The notes under the pieces are model-generated. The model did no database searches and was not told the origin of the DNA. It saw nothing but the letters and a program-made list of their open reading frames with translations. DNA of 64,000 nucleotides from an uncultured Chloroflexia bacterium. Lineage in GTDB: Bacteria > Chloroflexota > Anaerolineae > Anaerolineales > Anaerolineaceae. The stretch is from the NCBI GenBank assembly GCA_963827895.1, contig CAWHCY010000010.1:128355-192354 (forward strand), read 5' to 3'. Positions 41,012 through 51,255 of this stretch are shown here, piece after piece; the first letter of the stretch is position 1, and each line of letters begins with the position of its first letter. The position numbers and the translations under genes were made by a program.

Positions 41012-41708
41012 ATGAAGAAAAATAGAATACTCATTACTATCATTTGTATATACGGAGTGACGGGTATATTCTATTTATTTTTCCCGGTTCTTTCACCAAT
41101 TTTTGAAATTTTGGATCCTCAGTTTATCGGCCACTTATTTTATAATGTTGATAACGTTAATCTTTGGATTGAGTCCTTCGTTTTATTATTTTCCAGATGT
41201 ATTATTTTCCGGAATTTCAGCTATCTACCTTGTAATTTGTTTTCAATATATCCGAAAGGCTGATCCTTCTAAAAGTTTATATCGGAAGGCATATTTTCTT
41301 CCAGTGATTTCCTTGATTATTTGGCTGGCATTGATACCACTAGGTTATACATTCTGGGGAGAAAAGAGGGTCAACTCATATTTTGTGGGTGGTTGGATTC
41401 GCATGACCCTTTCAGGAGGTCCCGAAAAATTAATAAAAGATAGCAAAGGATTTATCCAATCTGCAAGTGAAAATCCCGAAAATTTTATCGTACCGTTATC
41501 ATTAAAAGGTCTTGGTAGACCAATTGGTATTGATCCAAACATGAGTATGGCAATCTTCGTTATTGGAAGCGCTGGGGGATATGCAGATAGTTTTGGATAT
41601 ATTGTTGGACCAAATTATGACTGTTTTACAGTACCAGATTATTTAAATTATTTGGAATTTTACAGAATTTGGAAAATGGCTGATGGGGTTTGCTTTTATG
41701 AGATGTAA
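41012..41708 (+). CDS. hypothetical membrane protein, probably frameshifted between 41060 and 41105
   Basis: Two overlapping hydrophobic ORFs (41012..41263 and 41103..41708). The second lacks an ATG or RBS of its own. Located between REP modules. Confidence 0.4.
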
Positions 41709-41763
41709 TCATGGTGCGCCATTAATATGTTCATCTTTGAAACATCAATATTAACGAATAGCT

Positions 41764-41847
41764 GTAGGTCGGATGGAGCGGAGCGAAATCCGACTATAAA
41801 TTTAAAAGACGTTGGATTTCGGGGAAAAACACCCTCAATCCAACCTA
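41764..41847 (+). repeat. REP doublet module
   Basis: gtaggtcggatggagcggagcgaaatccgac + tataaatttaaaagac + gttggatttcggggaaaaacaccctcaatccaacctac. Confidence 0.85.
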
Positions 41848-42147
41848 CGAAAACATCAGGAATGTTACTTTCCACCCTCGAACTCTGTACTTTGCCAATT
41901 CCTCCCGCACTACAGATCGAACCATTTCCTCCAGGTGAATACTGCCACGAAAAACGTATTCGCGCAGAGCCTGATTGATCATAGTTTGATAATTGCCACC
42001 GCCTTCATCAGTCACTTGCTGGCGGAACCAATCCAGGACTTCTTTATCCAATCGGATCGTGATCCGTTCTTTACCATACGCAACCGGTAGAACTGCGCCA
42101 CGTTTTCCTTTGGAAAAATCATATTCAGGTTTCATATCGTCATTCAT
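41845..42147 (-). CDS. BrnA-family antitoxin (ribbon-helix-helix type)
   Basis: KPEYDFSKGKRG...ITIRLDKEVLDWFRQQV...GNYQTMINQALREYV. The 3' end of the ORF runs into the REP module. Confidence 0.7.
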   Translation of the reverse strand: MNDDMKPEYDFSKGKRGAVLPVAYGKERITIRLDKEVLDWFRQQVTDEGGGNYQTMINQALREYVFRGSIHLEEMVRSVVREELAKYRVRGWKVTFLMFS

Positions 42148-42277
42148 TCATTTTCTATGTTCGCGCCGGTGTTTTTATCCCCATGGCGCAGCGAAGTGGG
42201 ATCTCACCGAGCGCGAGTATTTGACCGAAAGTTTTCTGCATTAACCACATCCGGTGCGTTTCCCATTCACCATGTAC

Positions 42278-43012
42278 TTACCGCAATGCTTTCTCCTGAA
42301 TGGTGCGGTGGGTTCCATCGCAGATAGGCTTTTTGCACGATTCGCCGCAATTGCAAAGGGTCACCCGGTTACGGGTTTCAAAAGGTTGACCATCCGAGCG
42401 TTCCACCGGGATGCCGCCTGTCACCCATAATGGCCCTTCGATGGGTCCTTCAGCCGTGATCTCTGTGGTCACAGCGATCTGAACCGGCAGATCCGGCTCG
42501 ATATCAGCTTCATATTTATCCATGGAATAGGTATAAGCACCGGAGGGGCAACGCTCGATCATGGCAATGATCTCTGCCCGCACCCGTGGCTCGGAAGTTT
42601 CGCTCATCATCCTGTCGATGTTGGTCTGACGGTTGCCGCAGAAGCCTGAGGACATGCACAGGTAACTGTCCTGTTTCACCACCAGGCCTGTACCTCTATC
42701 GTCTACATATTGACGTTCTGCAATCGGATGGGTATCTGCCGTCTCAGTGCCGTCAAATTCACTTTCATGGTGATTACCGTCGCAATAGGGTTTGTTCCCG
42801 GACTTGCCGCAGCGGCACAACCCGTAGAACTCCCTGCCTTCCTTCTTGACAACATGATATTCACCATCTTTTTTCCAGGTCAGGGGTTCCCCGTACTCAG
42901 AGACCACCTGGGTTTTATGAACCAGTGGAACATCACCAAAGACATGGTAAGAACCGTTTGGCATGATCACAATCCTGGGGGAGTCATTTTCAGATTCTGG
43001 TTTTTCCGGCAT
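42278..43012 (-). CDS. CDGSH iron-sulfur domain protein with a central ferredoxin-like Cys cluster
   Basis: Two CDGSH motifs, CRCGKSGNKPYCDGNHH and CNCGESCKKPICDGTHR. Intervening Cys-rich segment (CMSSGFCGN...ERCPSGA). Confidence 0.8.
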   Translation of the reverse strand: MPEKPESENDSPRIVIMPNGSYHVFGDVPLVHKTQVVSEYGEPLTWKKDGEYHVVKKEGREFYGLCRCGKSGNKPYCDGNHHESEFDGTETADTHPIAERQYVDDRGTGLVVKQDSYLCMSSGFCGNRQTNIDRMMSETSEPRVRAEIIAMIERCPSGAYTYSMDKYEADIEPDLPVQIAVTTEITAEGPIEGPLWVTGGIPVERSDGQPFETRNRVTLCNCGESCKKPICDGTHRTIQEKALR

Positions 43013-43114
43013 TGTAAGCTCCTGTTCGTTTCAACTAAAACGATTATATACCTGAATTTTTCCACTATTCGAATAACCACCTGTATTTTCAGCATGATTA
43101 TGGAAAATTGAATA

Positions 43115-43166
43115 TCGGATTTCACTTGTTCTATGACTGGCTCGGTAACCGGCTCAATCTAACCTA
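43115..43166 (+). repeat. degenerate REP half-module
   Basis: atcggatttcac...ggctcaatctaacctac resembles the right-hand (type 2) REP units. Confidence 0.4.
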
Positions 43167-43249
43167 CTAAAACTGGAATCCATTAGCGGGTTATAATACC
43201 AATTCGAACGAACATTCGAAGAATTAATGATAATCAACAGGAGGATCAA

Positions 43250-43721
43250 ATGGCAGATGTTGATTTTCTATCTCAATTAAACCATTTCATAGTGGCAGCT
43301 AAAATCCATTCCTACGTTGGAAGTGGAAACGAAAGGTCCTCCTTCTCGCCTGCAATCACATGACATTGAATACATCGAAAACGATTTTCGCTACCTGGAT
43401 AGTTATTTCGGCGGTCAAAGTTTTATCGGTGAGGAAATCGTGTATCATAAAGGGTCACCGATCTGGGGAATGAATTATTACGGTGTTGACCTTAGACCTG
43501 ATCTGATATCGGCGGCAGATATTGGAGCAATGATCAAAAAGAGCCTGAAAGAGATGTATAAAGAGGGCAGGTTTCTGGGTGGTTTTGAGTACTTTGACCA
43601 GGATCTTCGCTACCTGGATAAAAGTGATGGATCAATAACAAATTTTACGGGGATGGAAGAGATCTATAAGAACGACACTCTTGTATACAGACTGACCTAT
43701 CATGGAGGACTGATTGAATAA
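43250..43721 (+). CDS. DUF5680-like protein, frameshifted near 43325-43335
   Basis: AGGAGG RBS plus ATG 43250 (MADVDFLSQLNHFIVAAKIHSYVGSGN) joins the other frame (...HDIEYIENDFRYLDSYFGGQSFIGEEIVYHKGSPIWGMNYYG). Confidence 0.6.
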
Positions 43722-44160
43722 AAGAACATACAACCCAATAATAATCTCCTGCTTCCTTCTATTATTTGTTTTCATTCTGGGAAGCTGCTCGACTGCCAAA
43801 AAGATCGATGCGGATGAAAAGGAAAAGATTTCCGCCCTGGTGACACCCAAGATCGACAGCATGATGCAGGGTTTCTCTGATAACAATTATCAGAAATTCT
43901 CAGAATTCTTTGATGCCAAATTACTCAAAGGAATGCCTGAATCCGGATTCAACGACACCCGAAAAATGATCACCGAGAAGATCGGCAATTACCAATCATA
44001 CAAGATCGCAGATATGCTGAAAACCCAGAACTTCATCACTGTGATCTGCAATGCTACTTTCGATAATGAAGATAAAGTCACCATCCGGGTGATCTTTGAT
44101 CCGGATGCTGATTATGCCATTTCCGGTCTCTGGTTTGATTCACCTGAACTGCGCAAGTGA
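43714..44160 (+). CDS. lipoprotein (DUF3887-like)
   Basis: Lipobox FILGSC. Small alpha+beta domain. Family assignment is from memory only. Confidence 0.45.
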   Translation: MNKRTYNPIIISCFLLLFVFILGSCSTAKKIDADEKEKISALVTPKIDSMMQGFSDNNYQKFSEFFDAKLLKGMPESGFNDTRKMITEKIGNYQSYKIADMLKTQNFITVICNATFDNEDKVTIRVIFDPDADYAISGLWFDSPELRK

Positions 44161-44237
44161 TCCTCCCGGGCAACTGAGTTCGGGAAGATTTTCACATCAA
44201 GCTATCCAACCAATCACTAATCCGTTATACTTTTCGC

Positions 44238-44837
44238 ATGGAAAATCCCACCGAAGCCAATAATACTGCACCAAAACCAAAGAAAAAGGGTATATCCCAA
44301 TCTGTATCCATCATCATTTTCTCAGTCCTGATCATGGTTCTGGCTGGAATTATCTTTACCCAGGATATGAATTACATTAGGGAATTTATCAGCAAGGCAG
44401 GCGCCTGGGGTGTTTTGGTCAGTATTTTGCTGTATGCGCTCTTAGGCTTAACCTTGATCCCATCCGAACCGCTTACCCTCTTTATCGGCGCACTGTTCGG
44501 TCCATGGTTGGCATTGCTGATCGCCGGCACCGGTAATACTCTGGCAGCTTTTGTCGAGTATTACCTGGGCACCCATATCGGAACAGCGACAAATTTCGTG
44601 GAACAAAAGAAGAAGCTTCCGTTTGGATTGGGCAGATTAAAGGTAGACTCACCCATGTTCCTGATCGGTGCCCGGATGATCCCCGGATACGGACCCAAGG
44701 TCGTCAGTATGATGGCTGGAATTTACCATGTACCGGTCTTGACTTACTTATGGACGACAGCCATTACGATCTTCGTTGGCGCAGCTCTATTTGCTTTTGG
44801 CGGGAAAGGGATTGCCCTGCTGGCCAACATTAAATAA
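44238..44837 (+). CDS. TVP38/TMEM64 (DedA-related, VTT domain) membrane protein
   Basis: LIPSEPLTLFIGALFGPWLALLIAGTGNTLAAFVEYYLG. Confidence 0.75.
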   Translation: MENPTEANNTAPKPKKKGISQSVSIIIFSVLIMVLAGIIFTQDMNYIREFISKAGAWGVLVSILLYALLGLTLIPSEPLTLFIGALFGPWLALLIAGTGNTLAAFVEYYLGTHIGTATNFVEQKKKLPFGLGRLKVDSPMFLIGARMIPGYGPKVVSMMAGIYHVPVLTYLWTTAITIFVGAALFAFGGKGIALLANIK

Positions 44838-44891
44838 GCCAAAACTCCCGATCAATTGGTTATAAGGAATATCGCCTACGCGCATATTATT

Positions 44892-46343
44892 TCAGATCCC
44901 TTTGGCTTCTTCCCATGCTTCATTTTGCTCATCGAACGATAGCTGTGACACTTCCCGTCCTGAAAGGCGGGCTTTTTTTTCAATGTAGGCGAATCGCTTT
45001 CTAAACTTCTGTGTACTGTCGCGTAATGCAAACTCGGGGTCCACTTTTCGCCAGCGGGCATAATTGACCACCGCGAAGAGCAGATCTCCCATTTCATCGG
45101 TCAACTCCTGCGGGTCGCGTGCCGCATCGATCTCGTTGACCTCTTCTATGATCTTGTCCATCACGCCGCGGATATCTTTCCAGTCGAAACCCACCCGTGC
45201 AGCACGGTCCTGCACTTCCTGCGATTGGGTAAGCGCTGGCAGGATATCCGGAACACCATCCAGCAGGCTTTTTTCAACGTTGCCGTTCTCTTTGCGTTCG
45301 GCTGCTTTCAGCTTTTCCCAGTTGGTCAGCAGGTGATCCATTCCGTCCAATTTGAAGTCGCCAAACACATGCGGATGCCGGCGGACGATCTTGCGGTTGA
45401 TCCCTTCCAAGACATCCACCATGGAGAAGTCACCCTCCTCGGAACCGATCTGGGCATGTAAAACGATCTGCAGCAGCAGGTCACCCAGTTCTTCAGCCAG
45501 TTTTTGCGGATTCTCTTCATCGATGGCTTTGAGTGCTTCGTAGGTTTCTTCCAGTAAGGCTTTTCGCAAGCTGACGTGGGTTTGTTCCCGATCCCAGGGG
45601 CAGCCTTCGGGAGCCCGCAAGTGAGCCACAACTTCCTGGAATGCTTCAAAGGATGCATCCGGTTCTAGCGGCGGAATATATAAAACTGTCAGCAGCCCGA
45701 TGTGCTCGCTGCGGTCGATCTCATATAATGCAATGGATTCCACAACCTCATCCGTATTTCCTGCGGAATGCACCAGCTTCACCGGGTGCTCGTCCGGGTA
45801 AACACTGAGCAGGGTCATTTTCAACTCGGCAGCGATCTGGCGGGAATATACCTGGGCGATGAGTGCCGGAAAAGTGGGCGGGAAGTTGACATGATGCAGA
45901 ACAGCCAATTCCATCGCATCCGCCATGATCAGCCGCGGGTATGGATCGATTCCAAGCGCGGTGCATACCGGCTCAAAGAAGCTCAATCCTTCCACCACCC
46001 TCACGGGTAGACCGTTTTCCTTTGCCCGACGGTAGATCTCCGGGCAGGTGGCTTCAGCTACAAATGGTGAACCGGGAACGGCATAGGTCACACCTTCCGG
46101 TCTTTCGCCCAGCGCTAAAACCTGGTCGATGATCTGGGAATACACATCTTCAAATTTTTCAGACTGATCATAGAGGTGATCAAATGAATGTACTTCTATC
46201 TTCTTCGGCAGAGCTTCAACCGTTGGATGCCGCTCTGTACGCAGGTAGATCTCCTGCAATCCGTCAATAACGTTCTGCGCCTGCCTTGTCAGCAATTGCG
46301 GGTCACCGGGACCAAGACCAAGTATTGTAATTCCGCGTGTCAT
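44892..46343 (-). CDS. mazG: bifunctional tetrapyrrole-methylase-like / MazG nucleoside triphosphate pyrophosphohydrolase (YabN-like)
   Basis: N-terminal ITILGLGPGDPQLLT (TP_methylase). C-terminal tandem MazG repeats (CPWDREQTH..., EE.GDLLLQIV, EEVNE..., DEMGDLLFAVVNYAR). Confidence 0.88.
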   Translation of the reverse strand: MTRGITILGLGPGDPQLLTRQAQNVIDGLQEIYLRTERHPTVEALPKKIEVHSFDHLYDQSEKFEDVYSQIIDQVLALGERPEGVTYAVPGSPFVAEATCPEIYRRAKENGLPVRVVEGLSFFEPVCTALGIDPYPRLIMADAMELAVLHHVNFPPTFPALIAQVYSRQIAAELKMTLLSVYPDEHPVKLVHSAGNTDEVVESIALYEIDRSEHIGLLTVLYIPPLEPDASFEAFQEVVAHLRAPEGCPWDREQTHVSLRKALLEETYEALKAIDEENPQKLAEELGDLLLQIVLHAQIGSEEGDFSMVDVLEGINRKIVRRHPHVFGDFKLDGMDHLLTNWEKLKAAERKENGNVEKSLLDGVPDILPALTQSQEVQDRAARVGFDWKDIRGVMDKIIEEVNEIDAARDPQELTDEMGDLLFAVVNYARWRKVDPEFALRDSTQKFRKRFAYIEKKARLSGREVSQLSFDEQNEAWEEAKGI

Positions 46344-46422
46344 TCTGTATCACCTCTGCATCTTCCCAAATCTAATTCCTACTCGCCATCATCCAATTCT
46401 GAACATCCTAATCATAATCCAT

Positions 46423-46465
46423 TAAATAAAAAGCAGAGACCACTGAATAACCAGTGTCCTCTGCT
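46423..46465 (-). terminator. rho-independent terminator after rplM-rpsI
   Basis: On the minus strand: AGCAGAGGACACTG-gttatt-CAGTGGTCTCTGCT followed by TTTTTATTT. Confidence 0.65.
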
Positions 46466-46493
46466 TAATTAATTATATTGAATAAAATATGCT

Positions 46494-46889
46494 CTAACGT
46501 TTGGTGTAAGTTGGTGCCTTACGGGCGCGCTTGAGACCTGGCTTCTTACGTTCTTTCACGCGTGGGTCGCGGGTTAAGAAACCACCTTTGCGCATGACAG
46601 GAACCAGTTCGGCATTCATTTTGGTTAATGCGCGAGCAAGTCCAAGCTGGCAGGAAAAAGTCTGACCAGTCACACCGCCGCCATTGACGATCACGGTAAT
46701 ATCATACTGGGTGCGTTCCTGTCCGGCTGCCTGTAGCGGGGAAAGGATGAGTTCCAGGTCACCCATACGGGTGAAGTAATCCATACCGTCTTTTGAATTG
46801 ACGGTGACTTTGCCTGTTCCACTCATTAAGCGAACGCGGGCAGAGCTTTCTTTACGGCGACCAATACCTTCAAAATATTGAACTGTCAT
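46494..46889 (-). CDS. rpsI: 30S ribosomal protein S9
   Basis: GRRKESSARVRL...GGG.TGQ...KPGLKRARKAPTYTKR. Confidence 0.95.
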   Translation of the reverse strand: MTVQYFEGIGRRKESSARVRLMSGTGKVTVNSKDGMDYFTRMGDLELILSPLQAAGQERTQYDITVIVNGGGVTGQTFSCQLGLARALTKMNAELVPVMRKGGFLTRDPRVKERKKPGLKRARKAPTYTKR

Positions 46890-46903
46890 GTAACCTCTTT
46901 CCT

Positions 46904-47344
46904 CTACTCAACCGGTTGAGGAGATTGTGCCTGGTGGGGATGCTCAGCTTCACCATACACTTTAATATTCTTGATCAGCTCGCGCCCCATCTTATTGTGA
47001 GGGATCATGCCCCAAACGGCGTGGCGGATAACCCGGTCCGGGTATTTCTTTAACTGATCTTGCAGGCTGACGGATTTTAATCCACCAGGGTAGCCGGAAT
47101 GGGAATGGTAGAACTTTTCTTCCAAACGATTTCCAGTTACTTTGATATGACCGGCATTGATAACAATGACCGAATCGCCCATTGATACACCCGGCGTAAA
47201 GGTGGGCTTATGTTTGCCAAGCAGAAGATATGCAATTCTGGTGGCTAACCGTCCCAATGTCTGCTCTTTAGCATCCACCAGGACCCATTCACGTTCGATT
47301 TTTCCTTTTAGGACGAATGTTTTGTCCACAGTTATCCTCTCCAC
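46904..47344 (-). CDS. rplM: 50S ribosomal protein L13
   Basis: REWVLVDAKEQTLGRLATRIAYLLLGKHKPTFTP. Confidence 0.95.
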   Translation of the reverse strand: MERITVDKTFVLKGKIEREWVLVDAKEQTLGRLATRIAYLLLGKHKPTFTPGVSMGDSVIVINAGHIKVTGNRLEEKFYHSHSGYPGGLKSVSLQDQLKKYPDRVIRHAVWGMIPHNKMGRELIKNIKVYGEAEHPHQAQSPQPVE

Positions 47345-47386
47345 TTACACAAGGTATTCTTAATTTAATTTGATAACCCGATCATA

Positions 47387-48157
47387 CTAATAATTTACTC
47401 TTATCAGTTCAAGTCCGCAGGCCGGGGCAATTCCGGGATGATCCTGAAAGCCTGCTTCGAAGTGATCCCGAAGCCGTTGTGGGTCTATCCGTCCACTGGC
47501 TGCTTCTACCTGAACAAATACCAGTCTGCGTACCATGTGGTACAGGAAGGCATTTGCACAAATTGTGTATTTGAGCTCACTGCCTTCCATCTGCCATTCT
47601 GATCGGGTGACATTTCTGATCGTACCGCTTCCGGCCCGGGGCGGGGTTCCATAGGCTGTAAAATCGTGTTCTCCCATAATCACTGCTGCAGAACTGGTCA
47701 GTACAGAATAATCCACCGGTTTGTTAAGCCTCCACGCGTACCTCTCGAGGAGAGGGTCGCGGATGGTTTCACAAAGAACCCGGTATCGGTATTCTCTGGA
47801 TTTTGCATCAAAGCGCGGGTGGAAATCCGGTGCTGCTTCCTGTATCTTCCTTGCAGATATATCCGCTGGCAGATAAGTATTCAGCGCACATAAGATCTCA
47901 CCCATGGGATGGTTCCAATCCAGGTCAAATGTGAACACCTGTCCTGAAGCGTGAACGCCTGTATCTGTTCTCCCGGCACTGATGATGGATGTTGCGGTCC
48001 ATCCCAGCTTCCGGAGAGCTTCTTCAACACAGCGTTGAACCGTCCGCTTGATACCCTGACGCTGGTATCCTTTGAACTCTGTACCGTCGTATGAAAGTGT
48101 TACCTGGTAATGTGCCATTCCATTCACGTCCAATAGACGGGGATGGATTTCCTGCAA
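47387..48157 (-). CDS. truA: tRNA pseudouridine(38-40) synthase
   Basis: YDGTEFKGYQRQ...SAGRTDTGVHASGQV. The track start is TTG 48157; ATG 48118 (MAHYQVTLSYDG) is the more typical N-terminus. Confidence 0.9.
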   Translation of the reverse strand: MQEIHPRLLDVNGMAHYQVTLSYDGTEFKGYQRQGIKRTVQRCVEEALRKLGWTATSIISAGRTDTGVHASGQVFTFDLDWNHPMGEILCALNTYLPADISARKIQEAAPDFHPRFDAKSREYRYRVLCETIRDPLLERYAWRLNKPVDYSVLTSSAAVIMGEHDFTAYGTPPRAGSGTIRNVTRSEWQMEGSELKYTICANAFLYHMVRRLVFVQVEAASGRIDPQRLRDHFEAGFQDHPGIAPACGLELIRVNY

Positions 48158-48166
48158 GCGCAGGAA

Positions 48167-48548
48167 TTATTCTTCAACCAATTCCAACAGGACCATATCT
48201 GCGGCATCGCCGAGGCGTGGTCCGAGTTTCAACATCCGGGTATATCCACCGGGACGCTTGCTATAGCGCGGGCCAAGATCGTCAAACAAGTTTTTTGACG
48301 GTATCGGCTGCATTGCCTAAATAGCTTGCTGCCAGGCGGCGGGCATTCACTTTTTCAATGTCGCTTTTGCTGCCGCTGTTCTTTGCCAGGGTGATCAATT
48401 CTTCTGCCTGGCCGCGAATTGCGGAAGCTTTGGCGCGGGTGGTGGTGATCCGCTCATGTTCAAACAATTGTCTGATCAACGTTCGCCGTAAAGCGTTGCG
48501 CTGACCTGTACTACGACTTAAACGATATCCAGCTATCTGATGACGCAT
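48167..48548 (-). CDS. rplQ: 50S ribosomal protein L17, frameshifted near 48281-48290
   Basis: [22 protein letters not shown]...TTTRAKA...ADTVKKL | [39 protein letters not shown]. Confidence 0.92.
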
Positions 48549-48551
48549 CTC

Positions 48552-49541
48552 TTACTCCACACTTTTTTCATCATGCATGAATCCTTTATCCATCATTTTC
48601 AATTGAAGCTCATCCAGACTCTTCTCTCCAAAATTACGGATGGACATCACTGCATCTTCGCCTTTATCTAATAATTCAAGCACATCACCTACGGTGGTTA
48701 TGCCGGTGCGTTTCAGTGAATTGAATACGCGCACAGAGAGATCCAGGTTTTCAATGGGTGTCTCTGCAGCTTCACTTGAAAGTCTGCTGCCGGTCGTCTC
48801 TTTTTCCACACTGAGTTCAATGATCTCATCACTGACCCCGGCCAGGAGACGGAGGTGTTCCATCAAGATCACAGAGGAGTTCCCCAGTGCCTTTTCAGGA
48901 GAAATTGTGCCATCAGTCCAAATTTCGAGTTCCAACTTATCGTAGTTGGTGCTCTGACCAACACGGGTTGACTTGACATTCCAATTCACACGTTTTACAG
49001 GTGAGAAAATGGCGTCCATTGGAAGTTCAGCGATCGGCAATTTACCGCTGCGTTCATTCGCAGGTAAATAACCGCGGCCATGTTCCACGTTCATGTCAAT
49101 TTCAAGCCGGGTATTTTTATCGTCTACAGTGAAAAGGTAAAGATCAGGGTTGACGATCTCTATCTCTGCAGGTGTTTTGATATCAGCTGCCGTGACCACG
49201 CCTTCACCACGCACATCCAGGTGCATGGAGGAGACATCGACATCATACAGCTTCAGGCGGATCTGCTTCATCTGCAGCATGACCTGAATGACGTCTTCAC
49301 GAACGCCAGGGATATCACTGAACTCGTGCAATACGTCATTGATCCGGATGGATGTAACACAAGCCCCATCCAGGGATGACAATAATACACGGCGGAGTGA
49401 ATTTCCCAATGTCACGCCATAACCGCGTTCCAATGGGCTGATCACAAACTTGCCGTAGTTACGGGCATCTGCCACCCGCTCTACTTTTGGCATTACCATA
49501 TTAGTTAAACCAGTCACTTTGCTCTTCCCTCTTGCCAACAC
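48552..49541 (-). CDS. rpoA: DNA-directed RNA polymerase subunit alpha
   Basis: YGKFVISPLERGYGVTLGNSLRRVLLSSL plus the C-terminal domain LDLSVRVFNSLKRTGITTVGDL. Start uncertain (49493-49541). Confidence 0.95.
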   Translation of the reverse strand: MLARGKSKVTGLTNMVMPKVERVADARNYGKFVISPLERGYGVTLGNSLRRVLLSSLDGACVTSIRINDVLHEFSDIPGVREDVIQVMLQMKQIRLKLYDVDVSSMHLDVRGEGVVTAADIKTPAEIEIVNPDLYLFTVDDKNTRLEIDMNVEHGRGYLPANERSGKLPIAELPMDAIFSPVKRVNWNVKSTRVGQSTNYDKLELEIWTDGTISPEKALGNSSVILMEHLRLLAGVSDEIIELSVEKETTGSRLSSEAAETPIENLDLSVRVFNSLKRTGITTVGDVLELLDKGEDAVMSIRNFGEKSLDELQLKMMDKGFMHDEKSVE

Positions 49542-49575
49542 GCCCTAAATTACCGTGTGTCGGCTCTAGTAGCCT

Positions 49576-50215
49576 TTAGCGAGAGTAGTACTCAACGATG
49601 AGCTGTTCGGTGATGTTGCCATCGATCTCAGCCCGGTCCGGTAAGCGCAGTACTCGCCCCGACAGGTTTTTAAGATCCCTCTCCAACCAGGTTGGAGTAT
49701 TTCGAGTCTCAGCAATATCTTTCAATTCCTTGAAATATGTTGCAGACTTGGGATCCTTCTCTTACCGCGATCTTATCTCCAGGTTTCAGGAGCATGGATG
49801 GAATATCCGTCCGTACTTCGTTGACCATGAAGTGTCCGTGTGATACCAATTCACGTGCCTGAGCGCGGTTCACTGCAAATCCGATGCGGAATACCACGTT
49901 ATCGAACCGTGTTTCCAGGGTCTGCAGGAAATTCAAACCGGTCAAACCTCGTTTTTTCTGTGCTAACACATAATAACGGCGGAATTGTTTTTCCAACATC
50001 CCGTATGTTCGGCGAGCTTTTTGCTTCGCGCGCAACTGGCGGGAATAGTCAGATGAACGATCGCTTCCACGTCCACCAGTGCGGCCATGAACACCTGGTA
50101 CGAAACCACGTTTATCAAATGAGCACTTGGCGGTGAAACAGCGTTCACCTTTCAAGAATAATTTTTCACCTTCTCGCCGGCATAATCTGCATACCGGACC
50201 TAGATACTTAGCCAT
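49576..50215 (-). CDS. rpsD: 30S ribosomal protein S4, frameshifted near 49750
   Basis: MAKYLGPVCRLCRREGEKLFLKGERC...VSHGHFMVN...IAVREGS | KSATYFKELKDIAETRNTPTWLERDLKNLSGRVLRLPDRAEIDGNITEQLIVEYYSR*. Confidence 0.93.
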
Positions 50216-50241
50216 AAATAGAATCCCTCTCTCTGAACAAA

Positions 50242-50646
50242 TTAGACACGGCGTTTCTTTGGAGGACGGCAGCCATTATGCGGAACCGGAGTAATATCAG
50301 AAATTGAATGTACCCGTAAACCTAATGACTGGACAGCCCGGATGGCTGATTCTCTTCCCGGACCAGGTCCTTTGATATATACGTCCACTTCCTGGACACC
50401 CATTGAAGCAGCGGCTTTGATAGCCTGTTCTGCTGCAAGGCGGGCGGCAAAGGGAGTGCTCTTGCGAGAGCCTTTGAATCCAGCAGATCCTGAACTACCC
50501 CAACATACGGTATTACCCTGTTTGTCAGTAATGGTAATGATCGTATTGTTAAACGAAGCATAGATATGAATCTGCCCTGAAGACAGGGTGCGCTTTACTT
50601 TTCGCGCACTGGTGGTTCGTCTTGTCGAGCGTACGTTTTGAGCCAT
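50242..50646 (-). CDS. rpsK: 30S ribosomal protein S11
   Basis: [20 protein letters not shown]...[17 protein letters not shown]...[13 protein letters not shown]. Confidence 0.95.
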   Translation of the reverse strand: MAQNVRSTRRTTSARKVKRTLSSGQIHIYASFNNTIITITDKQGNTVCWGSSGSAGFKGSRKSTPFAARLAAEQAIKAAASMGVQEVDVYIKGPGPGRESAIRAVQSLGLRVHSISDITPVPHNGCRPPKKRRV

Positions 50647-50745
50647 AAAACCTCTCTAAATGAATTTCATAATATCGTTCGTCAACCATCTTCCGGTCAG
50701 CCGTGGGGTCGAGGGATCCCTACCAGGCAATGGTTAATTCACGAC

Positions 50746-51135
50746 TTATTTCTTTGTAGCTCCACGGCGGCGTCCGCGACCGGCAACAGTCTTCTTGGGA
50801 CCCTTGCATGTTCGGGCGTTCGTGCGGGTACGTTGGCCGCGGCAGGGTAAATTGCGGCGGTGGCGCATACCACGATAACAGCCGATCTCGATCAGCCGTT
50901 TGATATTCATGGTTACTTCACGTCGAAGATCACCTTCCACCTTGTAGGTTTTGGTGATGTAATCACGCAAAGCCGATACTTCGGTTTCAGTAAGATCTTT
51001 AACACGGATATCAGGATTTACACCGGTAGCTTTAATAATTTGCTTTGCACGGGTTGATCCGATACCAAAAATATATTGGACACCTACTTCGACGCGTTTA
51101 TTGCGAGGAAGATCTACACCTTCAATTCTTGCCAT
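50746..51135 (-). CDS. rpsM: 30S ribosomal protein S13
   Basis: [26 protein letters not shown]...[24 protein letters not shown]. Confidence 0.95.
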   Translation of the reverse strand: MARIEGVDLPRNKRVEVGVQYIFGIGSTRAKQIIKATGVNPDIRVKDLTETEVSALRDYITKTYKVEGDLRREVTMNIKRLIEIGCYRGMRHRRNLPCRGQRTRTNARTCKGPKKTVAGRGRRRGATKK

Positions 51136-51141
51136 ATTCTC

Positions 51142-51255
51142 TTATCCCTGTCGCTGTTTATGTTTAGGATTTTCGCAGATAATGAACAATCTGCGGTTGC
51201 GTTTAACCACTTTGCATTTAGCGCAGCGCTTTCGTATGGATGGTGATACTTTCAT
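51142..51255 (-). CDS. rpmJ: 50S ribosomal protein L36 (zinc type)
   Basis: Hand translation: [37 protein letters not shown]. Not in the ORF track because it is too short. Confidence 0.92.
   Translation of the reverse strand: MKVSPSIRKRCAKCKVVKRNRRLFIICENPKHKQRQG

Noticed and set aside
42148-42277. Candidate BrnT toxin ORF (MQKTFGQILALGEIPLRCAMGIKTPART)
   Set aside because: Only ~28-45 codons are available in any frame, there is no convincing DUF497 motif, and the space is too short for the ~90-aa toxin.
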